A stretch of DNA of 60,257 nt from positions 1 through 60,257 of the forward strand of contig JAGOTR010000002.1 of the NCBI GenBank assembly GCA_018061685.1, read 5' to 3'. The stretch's first letter is position 1, and every line of letters begins with the position of its first letter. The stretch is from Candidatus Magasanikiibacteriota bacterium (GTDB lineage: Bacteria; Patescibacteriota; Patescibacteriia; Magasanikbacterales; UBA922). The notes beneath the pieces are model-generated. The model did no database searches and was not told the origin of the DNA. It saw only the letters and a list, made by a program, of their open reading frames with translations. Both the position numbers and the translations under genes were made by a program. Below, in pieces: positions 26,825 to 36,056 of the stretch.

Positions 26825-28020
26825 AAATCAGAATCTACAGTAAAGCAATCTTGTATTTTTTTAAACATAAAATCTACTTGTGTTTCAATGGTACACGCTT
26901 CTGCCATTATATATCCATTTTGAATACACGTGAGACGCAGTGTATCGTCTTTTATATATCGAAGAGCCGCATCATATATGGCCTCAGGACTTTTTGGCTG
27001 AACTAATAATCCATTGTGTTCATGTATTACAACAGAAGACACTCCACCCACATCAGAAGCAATGACAGGAACACCAAATGCCATAGCTTCTAGGGTCACT
27101 TTTCCTTGAATGTCATATAGTGTTGGAAAAATAAATATATCTGCTTTCTTATAAGATTCAAATAAAGCATCACCAAAAGGAATCCACCCAGCAAAGTGCA
27201 CAAAATCATTCAATGCATATTGATTTACCAACGTTCGGACATTTTCTTCACTTGACTTACCCCATCCCCCACCAACAATAGTAAGCCGGGCGTCTATGGA
27301 CGTATCTCTCATTTTTTTTACAGCCTCAATTAAATAGATAATACCTTTTCTTTCATCCAACACACCAACATACAATATATGTACTTGCGGATGAGTACAA
27401 GCATCCATACGTCTCACAATAATATCTTTATTAAAGCTGGCAGATATCACAGAATAATGCCCTGGATACGCACCATACAATACTTTTCCAGAATAAAATA
27501 CAAGAGCCCCGCGTAAGAGCCACATCATTCCTCTATCAAGAAACGGTTGTACTATGCTGACTAGTATATTTTTTAAAAAAATAGTATTCCGCACACGAAA
27601 CTCTCCACCCAGATATGCCGTCACGCGCAAAAAATATCGAACGGACATTTTTTTTAATATATATGCAGCCAAAATTCCCACAAAAGATCCGGGAACATAG
27701 GCTAAAAAAATAGCATCATCCTTGTGTGTATCAATAATTTCTTTGATTCTTTTTTTATACAAAAAAAACGAAAGAAAAAAATCTTTTTTTGACACATGTA
27801 TTCCTTTTCGTAAGGGTCGAAAATGGATGTACTCATGAATAATTTTTTCACTTGGCTCAATCACGATTGGAGTAGCTATACAAGGGGCATAAATAATTAA
27901 CTCATCAAATTCTTTTGCCAATTCTACCATTTGATTAAAATAACCACTATAGCCGAACTGGAGATAGGAAGAACCATCTGACTCATAATATGGTATGTCA
28001 TAAAAAACCACGAGCTTCAT
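26821..28020 (-). CDS. Glycosyltransferase, group 1
   Basis: GKVTLEAMAFGVPVIASDVGG motif. ATGA-type 4-nt overlaps on both sides. Confidence 0.8.
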   Translation of the reverse strand: MKLVVFYDIPYYESDGSSYLQFGYSGYFNQMVELAKEFDELIIYAPCIATPIVIEPSEKIIHEYIHFRPLRKGIHVSKKDFFLSFFLYKKRIKEIIDTHKDDAIFLAYVPGSFVGILAAYILKKMSVRYFLRVTAYLGGEFRVRNTIFLKNILVSIVQPFLDRGMMWLLRGALVFYSGKVLYGAYPGHYSVISASFNKDIIVRRMDACTHPQVHILYVGVLDERKGIIYLIEAVKKMRDTSIDARLTIVGGGWGKSSEENVRTLVNQYALNDFVHFAGWIPFGDALFESYKKADIFIFPTLYDIQGKVTLEAMAFGVPVIASDVGGVSSVVIHEHNGLLVQPKSPEAIYDAALRYIKDDTLRLTCIQNGYIMAEACTIETQVDFMFKKIQDCFTVDSDL

Positions 28021-29060
28021 ATACGACGTAAATAACGAAATAATTTTTTATACCCAACAAACAACGGAACAACTACTTTTTCTATCATACGAAGATATCC
28101 AGGTTCAAGAATATACTGTGGTATAGAAATCTCTTTCCCCCATTTTCTTTTAAAAGAATACGTATTATCACCATACACGTCTGCACGCATATTTTTAAAT
28201 GCACCAAACAAATCAAATATATATCCATGCTCCACACACCAATCAATAAGTGCTTTACAGTTAGCATAACCAGCATGATTACGAACCCCTTCATTGCTCG
28301 TTGCACCATGCAAATGAATACAAATTCCAGCATCCTTAACAACAAAATATCCACTTACTATTTGACCCTCTTTATTTTGAATAGTGACCAACATGCCTAG
28401 GCCTGAATGAATCAAAGAAGAATAAAAAGTAAAATAATATTCACGTTCTGCATTTCCTTCGTGAACAGTTTTTCTTTTTCTACTTTCAACAAAACAAGCT
28501 GAAAAATAGGTATCAAATAATTCACGATTGAATGTCGTATTAACCGTATATTTTTTTTCTATTTTTTGTAACACTTGTCGGGTTGTTTTCCCCAAACGGT
28601 CAGCATTCTCTACAATATGGGTCACGAATGGTACAATAATTGCATGTTTTTTTATAAGTAAGTCGGTAGATACTGTTTGAAATATATCACGTGGATGTGT
28701 GCGAAACACAATCCGTGTCCGCCAATTTGATGAGGTTTGAATAAATAATTCAAGCAAATCAATATAGGACTCATGGCTCTGCATTTGAATTGGGAGTGAA
28801 ACCACAAGACGTTTCAAAATAAAAATATTTTTCATTTCAAATGGCACATACCCAATAAGTGATTGTCCACGCCAAAACAAAGCCATATGAAATGAAGCAC
28901 CATTTTTTTTCACAAAATCAGCATACGCACATAAAAAATCAGGATGAAGTGTTGGATATTTTGCATCTTGCATATCATAAATATGGCGCAAAGAATGCAC
29001 AAGTTTAGTAGTTACATCATGAATCGTACATCGTATTGTCGTGGATATCTCGACCGACAT
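28017..29060 (-). CDS. FemAB-like/GNAT-fold acyl- or aminoacyl-transferase (putative)
   Basis: 347 aa. The C-terminal half resembles FemAB-type acetyltransferase-fold proteins (HLHGATS..., NHAGYA...). Assignment is tentative. Confidence 0.5.
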   Translation of the reverse strand: MSVEISTTIRCTIHDVTTKLVHSLRHIYDMQDAKYPTLHPDFLCAYADFVKKNGASFHMALFWRGQSLIGYVPFEMKNIFILKRLVVSLPIQMQSHESYIDLLELFIQTSSNWRTRIVFRTHPRDIFQTVSTDLLIKKHAIIVPFVTHIVENADRLGKTTRQVLQKIEKKYTVNTTFNRELFDTYFSACFVESRKRKTVHEGNAEREYYFTFYSSLIHSGLGMLVTIQNKEGQIVSGYFVVKDAGICIHLHGATSNEGVRNHAGYANCKALIDWCVEHGYIFDLFGAFKNMRADVYGDNTYSFKRKWGKEISIPQYILEPGYLRMIEKVVVPLFVGYKKLFRYLRRI

Positions 29061-29067
29061 AAAAATA

Positions 29068-30057
29068 TTATTGTTTCAAAACATTTTCCAAATCAGCATC
29101 CATCATAATCTGCACTAAATCATGAAATTTTACTTTTGGTTCCCAGCCCAATTGTTTTTTTGCCTTACTGGCATCCCCCACCAATTCATCTACTTCAGCA
29201 GGACGTAAAAAACGTTCATCAAATCCAATATATTTTTTTGAATTTTTAATTCCCACATAGTCAAATGCAGCCTCAACAAACTCTTGTACTGAATGCGTTT
29301 CACCTGTTGCAATCACGTAATCGTCTGGTGTTTTTTGCTGCAACATAAGCCACATGGCTTCTACATATTCTTTTGCATACCCCCAGTCACGTTTTGCATC
29401 CAAATTTCCAAGCACAATACTATCGCGAAGTCCTGCTTTTATTTCGGCTACGCCTTTTGTGATTTTTCGTGTCACAAAGTTTTCACCTCTTCGAGGGGAC
29501 TCATGGTTAAATAAAATACCGGAGCAGGCAAACATGCCATAACTTTCACGATAATTAATCGTTTGAAAATGTGAATATACTTTGGCACAGGCGTATGGAC
29601 TCCGTGGATAAAATGGCGTTGTTTCACTTTGTGGCACCTGTTGTACTTTTCCATACATTTCACTACTTGATGCTTGATAAAATTTTGTTTTAAATTTGGC
29701 ATCACGGAGTACTTCAAGCAATCGAATAGTACCCAGCGCATCGGTGTCGACAGTGTAGACCGGCATATCAAAACTAATGCGTACATGGCTTTGTGCGGCC
29801 AAGTTATACACTTCATCTGGTTCAATACTGTTTAATAATCGCGCTAAATTAGTTCCATCGGTCATGTCACCATAATGCAAAAATAATCGACTCTTTTTCG
29901 ATTCTTCGGCTTCATGAATATGATCAATGCGAGAACGAAATAAGGTACTGTTTCTTCGAACAATACCGTGCACGTCATAGCCCTTATCTAATAAAAACTC
30001 TGCCAAGTATGATCCATCTTGTCCGGTAATACCGGTAATAAATGCTTTTTTTCTCAT
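29068..30057 (-). CDS. gmd: GDP-mannose 4,6-dehydratase
   Basis: [32 protein letters not shown]-terminus and an overall Gmd-like sequence of 329 aa. Confidence 0.9.
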   Translation of the reverse strand: MRKKAFITGITGQDGSYLAEFLLDKGYDVHGIVRRNSTLFRSRIDHIHEAEESKKSRLFLHYGDMTDGTNLARLLNSIEPDEVYNLAAQSHVRISFDMPVYTVDTDALGTIRLLEVLRDAKFKTKFYQASSSEMYGKVQQVPQSETTPFYPRSPYACAKVYSHFQTINYRESYGMFACSGILFNHESPRRGENFVTRKITKGVAEIKAGLRDSIVLGNLDAKRDWGYAKEYVEAMWLMLQQKTPDDYVIATGETHSVQEFVEAAFDYVGIKNSKKYIGFDERFLRPAEVDELVGDASKAKKQLGWEPKVKFHDLVQIMMDADLENVLKQ

Positions 30058-30066
30058 AGGTCAGAT

Positions 30067-31242
30067 TCAATTAAAAAGTGGTGTAATATGAATATTATTT
30101 TCTTTTGCATATGTAGCCCAATTGAGTTCTTTTTCTACACAGGCTCTCGCAGCATGCCGCATATGGGGCAAAAGTTCACCGTCTTTCAATATCTTTTCAA
30201 CAATATCGGCCATACGTATGGGATCGTTGTTGGCAGTGACCACACCATTATCATAATCCCTAATAAAATCGTGTGCGGCTCCTGTATCGTATGTTACCAC
30301 AGGAGTCCCCGACGCTAAGGCTTCTACATTGGCAATGCCAAATCCCTCATATTTTGATGTGAGTAAAAAGAGGTCAGAACATGCATAGAGCACTCTCATA
30401 TCTTCGTCAGACACAAAACCATTAAATACCACCGCATCATCTAGCGCTAACTCATGTATCAATCCCTTTAATTCCGCAAAATATGTTTCATTGCCCCGAT
30501 CTACTTTTCCATTTATCATGAGTCGAACTGAAATTCCACGATCTTTCACAATACGAACAACCCGAATCATATCTTCAATATTTTTTCTCGTGCTAATGCG
30601 AGATGTTGTTACCAACAAATATTCTTTCCCATAGAGAAGCTCTTGTTTTTTTTGTGCATTAAAATATTTCGGCGAAAAAAATATATGATCCGTCCCCTGC
30701 TTAATAACTTCGACTGATATATCTTTTTTAGATACTGTGTGGATAAAGCGTTTATTGTCTTGACTGATGGTAAGAACCAGTGCCGCAGCGCGATATACCA
30801 TACCACATATGGTATTGACGAGTGAAGGATTTTCTTTTTCTGAACTAATGTCTGCACCCGTACCAAAATGATACTCAGAAACGATAAGTTTTTTCTGGAG
30901 TATATAACGAAAAAATAATGCAGAGAGAGATAAATGAAATGCATAATGAACATGTAATACTCGCCATCCACGAAAAGAAAATTTTTGAACGTATATCCAA
31001 AAAAAGAGTACTTGCAATACAGCTATTTTTACCAATTTATTTGTATAATTTTTACCTATTCTATACACATGGATACCATCAATCATTTCATATGAAGGAG
31101 CGTGATCCGTATTGATAGTGACAAGTGCGACTTCATACCCATGATCTCGAACTAACCGACTATAGAGTTCATAGACAGTCCGTTCTGCACCACCCATGTG
31201 GGGGTAAAAAATTGGAGTAAAGGCTAGTATTTTTTTTTTCAT
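30067..31242 (-). CDS. Glycosyltransferase, group 1
   Basis: EGFGIANVEALASGTPVV motif. Confidence 0.8.
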   Translation of the reverse strand: MKKKILAFTPIFYPHMGGAERTVYELYSRLVRDHGYEVALVTINTDHAPSYEMIDGIHVYRIGKNYTNKLVKIAVLQVLFFWIYVQKFSFRGWRVLHVHYAFHLSLSALFFRYILQKKLIVSEYHFGTGADISSEKENPSLVNTICGMVYRAAALVLTISQDNKRFIHTVSKKDISVEVIKQGTDHIFFSPKYFNAQKKQELLYGKEYLLVTTSRISTRKNIEDMIRVVRIVKDRGISVRLMINGKVDRGNETYFAELKGLIHELALDDAVVFNGFVSDEDMRVLYACSDLFLLTSKYEGFGIANVEALASGTPVVTYDTGAAHDFIRDYDNGVVTANNDPIRMADIVEKILKDGELLPHMRHAARACVEKELNWATYAKENNIHITPLFN

Positions 31243-31251
31243 AAAGAGACG

Positions 31252-32340
31252 TTATACCATCAATGACCGAAATACCGTACAAATATGTTCTAAATCTTTT
31301 TCTTCTAACCCCACATAGGTAGGTAAGCTCATTCCCGTTTTAAACAACTCTTGTGCATTTGGATACTGTTCCGATCGATACGTTTCAGATAAATACGGCA
31401 TACTATTCATGGGTGGAAATAAACGACGCGTATCAATCCCCTCTTGCTTCAAGCCTTGCATAATTGTTTCAACAGACACATGATGTGGAAGTCGAAAAGA
31501 ATAAAACCAATTCACATGCGATGTATTTGGTACTTCTTTTTGAGGAAAAACAAATTCACCGAGTGCGTGTTGATAGACATCTTCAACATGCTTTCTTTGT
31601 GCAATAAACTCATCAATTTGTTCCAATTGTGCCACACCCAAAGCAGCTTGAAGATTAGTCATTCTATAATTATATCCAATTACTTCATGATCAAAATGAG
31701 AGCCTTGGAGTCTCCCATGGTTTTTATAGGTAATCATTTTTTCGAGCACCTCTTTGTGTCTTGTTGATATTGCCCCACCTTCGCCCGTGGTAATAATTTT
31801 ATTTCCAAAAAAACTATACGTACCAACATCTCCAACTGTTCCCAATTTTTTGCCACTTGCTGTGGCACCCAAACTTTCAGCATTATCTTCTATCAAAAAA
31901 ATCTGGTGACGGTCGGCAATGCTTTTTACGGCTTCAATAGCACATGAGTAGCCATATAAATGCACAGCAATAATTGCTTTTGTTTTAGTTGTAATTTTTT
32001 CTTCAATTTTTTTAGGATCAATGCCCCATGACTCAAGTTCAATATCCACAAATACAGGTGTTGCACCCACATACAAAATAGCGTTCATTGTTGCAATAAA
32101 CGAGGTGGCAGGAATAATAACCTCGTCACCTGGGCGAATACCAAGCCCAAGTAATGCCAAATGCAATGCAGTGGTACCGTTTGACGTAGTTGTCACATAC
32201 GGTACATCAAGGTACTCTGACAAGCCTTGTTCAAATCGACCAATAAATGCCCCAGCCGAAGATACCCAGCCACTTTCAACGGCCTCGATAACATAATCTT
32301 TTTCTTTTTGTCCAATATGGGGTTGTGCAACGGGAATCAT
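31252..32340 (-). CDS. DegT/DnrJ/EryC1-family PLP sugar aminotransferase (perosamine-synthase-like)
   Basis: Family-typical N-terminus (PHIGQKEKDYVIEAVESGWVS), a SFxxxK PLP-lysine region (SFFGNKIITTGEGG), 362 aa. gmd lies two genes away. Confidence 0.85.
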   Translation of the reverse strand: MIPVAQPHIGQKEKDYVIEAVESGWVSSAGAFIGRFEQGLSEYLDVPYVTTTSNGTTALHLALLGLGIRPGDEVIIPATSFIATMNAILYVGATPVFVDIELESWGIDPKKIEEKITTKTKAIIAVHLYGYSCAIEAVKSIADRHQIFLIEDNAESLGATASGKKLGTVGDVGTYSFFGNKIITTGEGGAISTRHKEVLEKMITYKNHGRLQGSHFDHEVIGYNYRMTNLQAALGVAQLEQIDEFIAQRKHVEDVYQHALGEFVFPQKEVPNTSHVNWFYSFRLPHHVSVETIMQGLKQEGIDTRRLFPPMNSMPYLSETYRSEQYPNAQELFKTGMSLPTYVGLEEKDLEHICTVFRSLMV

Positions 32341-32359
32341 ATAACAAAATTAAAATATA

Positions 32360-33202
32360 TTATTGTGCGATGACATAGTAGCCAGGTATTTGCCAAAGAC
32401 TCTTCTTTTCTAGAATATCAGCCGCTAACCCTTCTTCACTATAGGGATTATGATCTTGAATGGGAATAATTTCTATCAAGGTAAACCCAACATGCTTCAA
32501 TAGTTTTTGTATGCCACGTTTACTATAAAAAAATACAGGGAACTCCGTCTTCATATTCTCTTTTTTTTCTATCAATGATCCCCTTTCTGAAATTAAAATT
32601 GTTTCTGAAATGAAAGGAAACCAATACCTCAAACATCGAACAACAAATATTCCCACGCGTATGTGAATTCTTGAAATGAGACGGATACCATCATAAACCA
32701 TAATAAGGATAGCGTACTTCCAAAAAAATTTATTATGAATACTAAAGAGAACATTACCATCTTGTTTCATCACTCGCAGTGCTTCTTCGAGAGATTTTTT
32801 TCTTTGTTCAGTCCCAGGAATGCATTCAAGGGTATTATAGGGAAAAAGAACAGCATCAAATGTGCTATTGGAAAAAGGAATATTGGTAGCAGAAGCACAG
32901 AGAAATGTTGTATTTTGAATACCATTTTTTTCTTGTATACGCTGCGCTTCCTTAATAGACTCGTCAGAGACATCAATCCCCGTGACATTTGATACCTGGC
33001 GACAGAGAACAAAGGATACACGCCCGACATAGCACCCTATATCAAGAATAGTATGATTTGAAGAAAGATATTTTTCAAATATTTTTTTTTCACAAATACA
33101 CAACCCTTTCCCCTCATACGAAAGAAACTGCTTTTGCTGATTATAGTAAGCGAGTACTTCACTGTTTTCTTCTGTTCGATTGATCTTTCGTGGGAAACTC
33201 AT
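32360..33202 (-). CDS. Class I SAM-dependent methyltransferase
   Basis: ILDIGCYVG motif I. Methyltransf_11-like spacing. Confidence 0.7.
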   Translation of the reverse strand: MSFPRKINRTEENSEVLAYYNQQKQFLSYEGKGLCICEKKIFEKYLSSNHTILDIGCYVGRVSFVLCRQVSNVTGIDVSDESIKEAQRIQEKNGIQNTTFLCASATNIPFSNSTFDAVLFPYNTLECIPGTEQRKKSLEEALRVMKQDGNVLFSIHNKFFWKYAILIMVYDGIRLISRIHIRVGIFVVRCLRYWFPFISETILISERGSLIEKKENMKTEFPVFFYSKRGIQKLLKHVGFTLIEIIPIQDHNPYSEEGLAADILEKKSLWQIPGYYVIAQ

Positions 33203-33230
33203 ACAATCAAAACCTACCTAAAAAATTCAA

Positions 33231-35267
33231 TTAATTTTTTGAATTCGTTTCTTTCACGGGATTCAAAATAATTTCCACTATTTGTCTCCCTGATTCAGAA
33301 AACACCACCCCTTCTGTACGTGCCTGTTGAATAGTCTGCACAGCTTGTTCATGCAATCCCGCATCTTCATACAACAACGCAAGCCGCCACCACCCTTCAG
33401 AGATAACAGGATCAAATTCAATGGTTGTTTTATACAACTCTTCTGCTTTTTGCATATCGCCCATTTGCATATACACGGTTGCTAACTGATAATAGAGTTG
33501 TTGTCTTTTTGGTGACAATTCTATTGCCTGTTCTAACAATGTTTTTGCTTCCAACACATACGCAGGATCAAGTGTTAATTGTGCACCCACTTGCGCCATC
33601 CCTGCTCGCTGTAAATGAACTCGAATATCAAATGGGTGAATACTCAAATTTTTTTCGAGCTCCGTATAGGCAAGAAGAAATAATTCTTTTGCCTCAGATT
33701 CTCTCCCCGCATCAACATACCCTTGTATTGATTCTCGAATTGTTTTTGCAACATCATTTCGAACATCATCAATATGTGGGGTTGGAATTGCTCCAGTTTT
33801 TTCATATGCCGCAATAGCCCCCGTTCCTCTTGTGATCGCATAAATAGTTTCAAGAGCGACCATATTGGCACGTGCAGGATTGATATTGGTAATAAAGACA
33901 ACAATCACCACACACACACTCACAAATACCATATATCCCCATGAAAGATTTTTTCCTTTTGGGATGACACTTTTTGACTGAGCCGCAAGACTAGCAATCA
34001 TGGCCAAAAAGAAAAAGAAATATAGATAGGATGTCGGATTTTCAAATACAAAAATGTTGTGAACAAAATGTGCAATTAAAAATGCCGTTCCAATATTTCT
34101 TACATGCATATCAATACTCCCTCGCGAATACGATTGAAACAATACAATAATTGCACCCAAAAACAACCCCATGTACGCCAACAATCCAAATGCTCCTCCT
34201 GTTGAAAGCGTATTCATGACCACACTGTGGGCATTATCAAACCATGTTTCACCCCAGCCATGTCGCAAAAATTCTGGATTATACAACGTATTAAATCCAT
34301 AAAAATAATTATTTGGCCCGATGCCAAAAAACGGAGCGCCTTTCCAAATATCGATGGCAACTTTCCACGCCATAACACGAGTATTTGATTCGAGTGATTC
34401 AACCGTTATTTCAGTCAAACGTCCAATCGCAGGAAGTTCACGAACAAACGGTGTCTGTCGAAATACAAAAAATAACGCAACACACAGCACACCCGTTGCC
34501 AAAAGTCCCATACATGCCATGCGTATTTTTCTATAGTCTGGCAAAGATTTTAAAGAAAAAATATAGAGTAATGCGAGCACCCCAATACCAGCAACTAAAC
34601 CCAAAAACGTACCCCGTGTTCCGCCCCAAAACACGCCCCCAAAACCTAACAGTGCCCCCACAATGGCATACCATCTCCAAAACGAAGTCGTTTCTTTAAA
34701 CGACAGCATGAGACCAACAAAAAACAAAAACATGCCGTAGGCACTATAATAAATAGCATTCCCAAGCGTACTACTCACACGATTTGCTCCTCCGTTGAGT
34801 AATAAATTTGGATTACTATAGGATTGCAAAAATCCAATAAACATAACAATGCCCCCAGCAAACAAAAACCACCGGAGCAACACTTTCCACTCATCAAACG
34901 TACGAATCACAAGCGAAGCAACAAGATAATACATGCCATAATGCACTATGGTAAATAACCCCAGCATGCGTTCATGATTGTCCCAAAAACTTCTATACCA
35001 ATCAATTCCTACAAAGGTAGACACAGCTTGAGTCACCAAAAAAAGTAACACAGCTCCATGAATAAGTGACCGTTTTGGTGTATACGCGTGTTTATCAATT
35101 GCAAATAAAAGAAAAAACAATCCCAAAAGAATAATACTTAAAATACGAAAAGCTATTATTTTTGGGACAATAAATGGAAAAATAAACTGCGCGGGAAGCA
35201 CCAATAATGGAACAAAAAATGTAGCAATAATAATCCATTTTGCGGCCAAGACTAACCGATTATTCAT
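33231..35267 (-). CDS. O-antigen ligase/polymerase-like membrane protein with C-terminal TPR repeats
   Basis: More than 10 TM segments, an NAHS...TGG loop motif of the Wzy_C/O-antigen ligase family, and a C-terminal ~200 aa with TPR-like repeats. Confidence 0.75.
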   Translation of the reverse strand: MNNRLVLAAKWIIIATFFVPLLVLPAQFIFPFIVPKIIAFRILSIILLGLFFLLFAIDKHAYTPKRSLIHGAVLLFLVTQAVSTFVGIDWYRSFWDNHERMLGLFTIVHYGMYYLVASLVIRTFDEWKVLLRWFLFAGGIVMFIGFLQSYSNPNLLLNGGANRVSSTLGNAIYYSAYGMFLFFVGLMLSFKETTSFWRWYAIVGALLGFGGVFWGGTRGTFLGLVAGIGVLALLYIFSLKSLPDYRKIRMACMGLLATGVLCVALFFVFRQTPFVRELPAIGRLTEITVESLESNTRVMAWKVAIDIWKGAPFFGIGPNNYFYGFNTLYNPEFLRHGWGETWFDNAHSVVMNTLSTGGAFGLLAYMGLFLGAIIVLFQSYSRGSIDMHVRNIGTAFLIAHFVHNIFVFENPTSYLYFFFFLAMIASLAAQSKSVIPKGKNLSWGYMVFVSVCVVIVVFITNINPARANMVALETIYAITRGTGAIAAYEKTGAIPTPHIDDVRNDVAKTIRESIQGYVDAGRESEAKELFLLAYTELEKNLSIHPFDIRVHLQRAGMAQVGAQLTLDPAYVLEAKTLLEQAIELSPKRQQLYYQLATVYMQMGDMQKAEELYKTTIEFDPVISEGWWRLALLYEDAGLHEQAVQTIQQARTEGVVFSESGRQIVEIILNPVKETNSKN

Positions 35268-35293
35268 ACAAACAAATGAAAGAAAATCAAAAT

Positions 35294-35935
35294 TTATTGA
35301 GTTACATCTTCTTTGGGAGTGGTTGACGGTAGCATATCAGTAGTACTGAACGCCGTATCGTCTATATTCATAAGTGAGAATATTTTTTGAACCTCTTTCC
35401 ACAATTCTTTATGTTCTTTTTTTACATATACTTGTATACGAAAATTATGATAATCTGTAAACCGAATGATCATATTTTCTTCATCATATACTTCTTGCAC
35501 CGCATTTTTTCCCAAAAAAACAATTGGTGAAGATTGAATTGGCTGTGATTTATTTATCATATCACTTCGCAAATACCCACCTTCTGGAAACAAGTATATG
35601 TGATACATATCCCCCTTGCTTATTGCCAATGTCTGTTTTTTTTGCCCGGACACTAGCAGAGAATCATCTCCGTCGAACGGCGAAAAAGTGCGAGCAACCA
35701 ACAAATTGGTAGGAATACGAAATGTATACGCAAAATCAGGGTGTGTAAACACACTCCATGAACTGGTATCAACTTCTGCTAATTGTTCATCAGTAAAAGT
35801 AGGAATACGTTTGTTCAATGTGTCTTGTCCAGACTGTTTTTTTTGAAACAAAAATGCCAACCCAATAATAACCAAAAAAATAATACCAATGACAAATCCT
35901 ATTTTTTTGGCTTTACTTTGTGGTGTACTTAACAT
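35294..35935 (-). CDS. Membrane-anchored hypothetical protein (213 aa)
   Basis: ORF 35294..36202 trimmed to the ATG at 35935, because its 5' part overlaps the upstream CDS and terminator. Single N-terminal TM helix. Confidence 0.6.
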   Translation of the reverse strand: MLSTPQSKAKKIGFVIGIIFLVIIGLAFLFQKKQSGQDTLNKRIPTFTDEQLAEVDTSSWSVFTHPDFAYTFRIPTNLLVARTFSPFDGDDSLLVSGQKKQTLAISKGDMYHIYLFPEGGYLRSDMINKSQPIQSSPIVFLGKNAVQEVYDEENMIIRFTDYHNFRIQVYVKKEHKELWKEVQKIFSLMNIDDTAFSTTDMLPSTTPKEDVTQ

Positions 35936-35983
35936 AAAAAAATTCTTAAAAACAAGAAGAATAGGTATAAAGAGTATATCACC

Positions 35984-36021
35984 CTTTAAAAAAAAACAAA
36001 ACCCCCTAAAGAGGGGGTTTT
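35984..36021 (-). terminator. Intrinsic terminator of the S-layer-like gene
   Basis: On the minus strand: AAAACCCCCTCTTTAGGGGGTTTT followed by a long T-run (plus-strand A-run 35984-35996). Confidence 0.8.
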
Positions 36022-36056
36022 GCGTTTCTCTTACAAAGAGAGTTCTGTCAAAGCGA

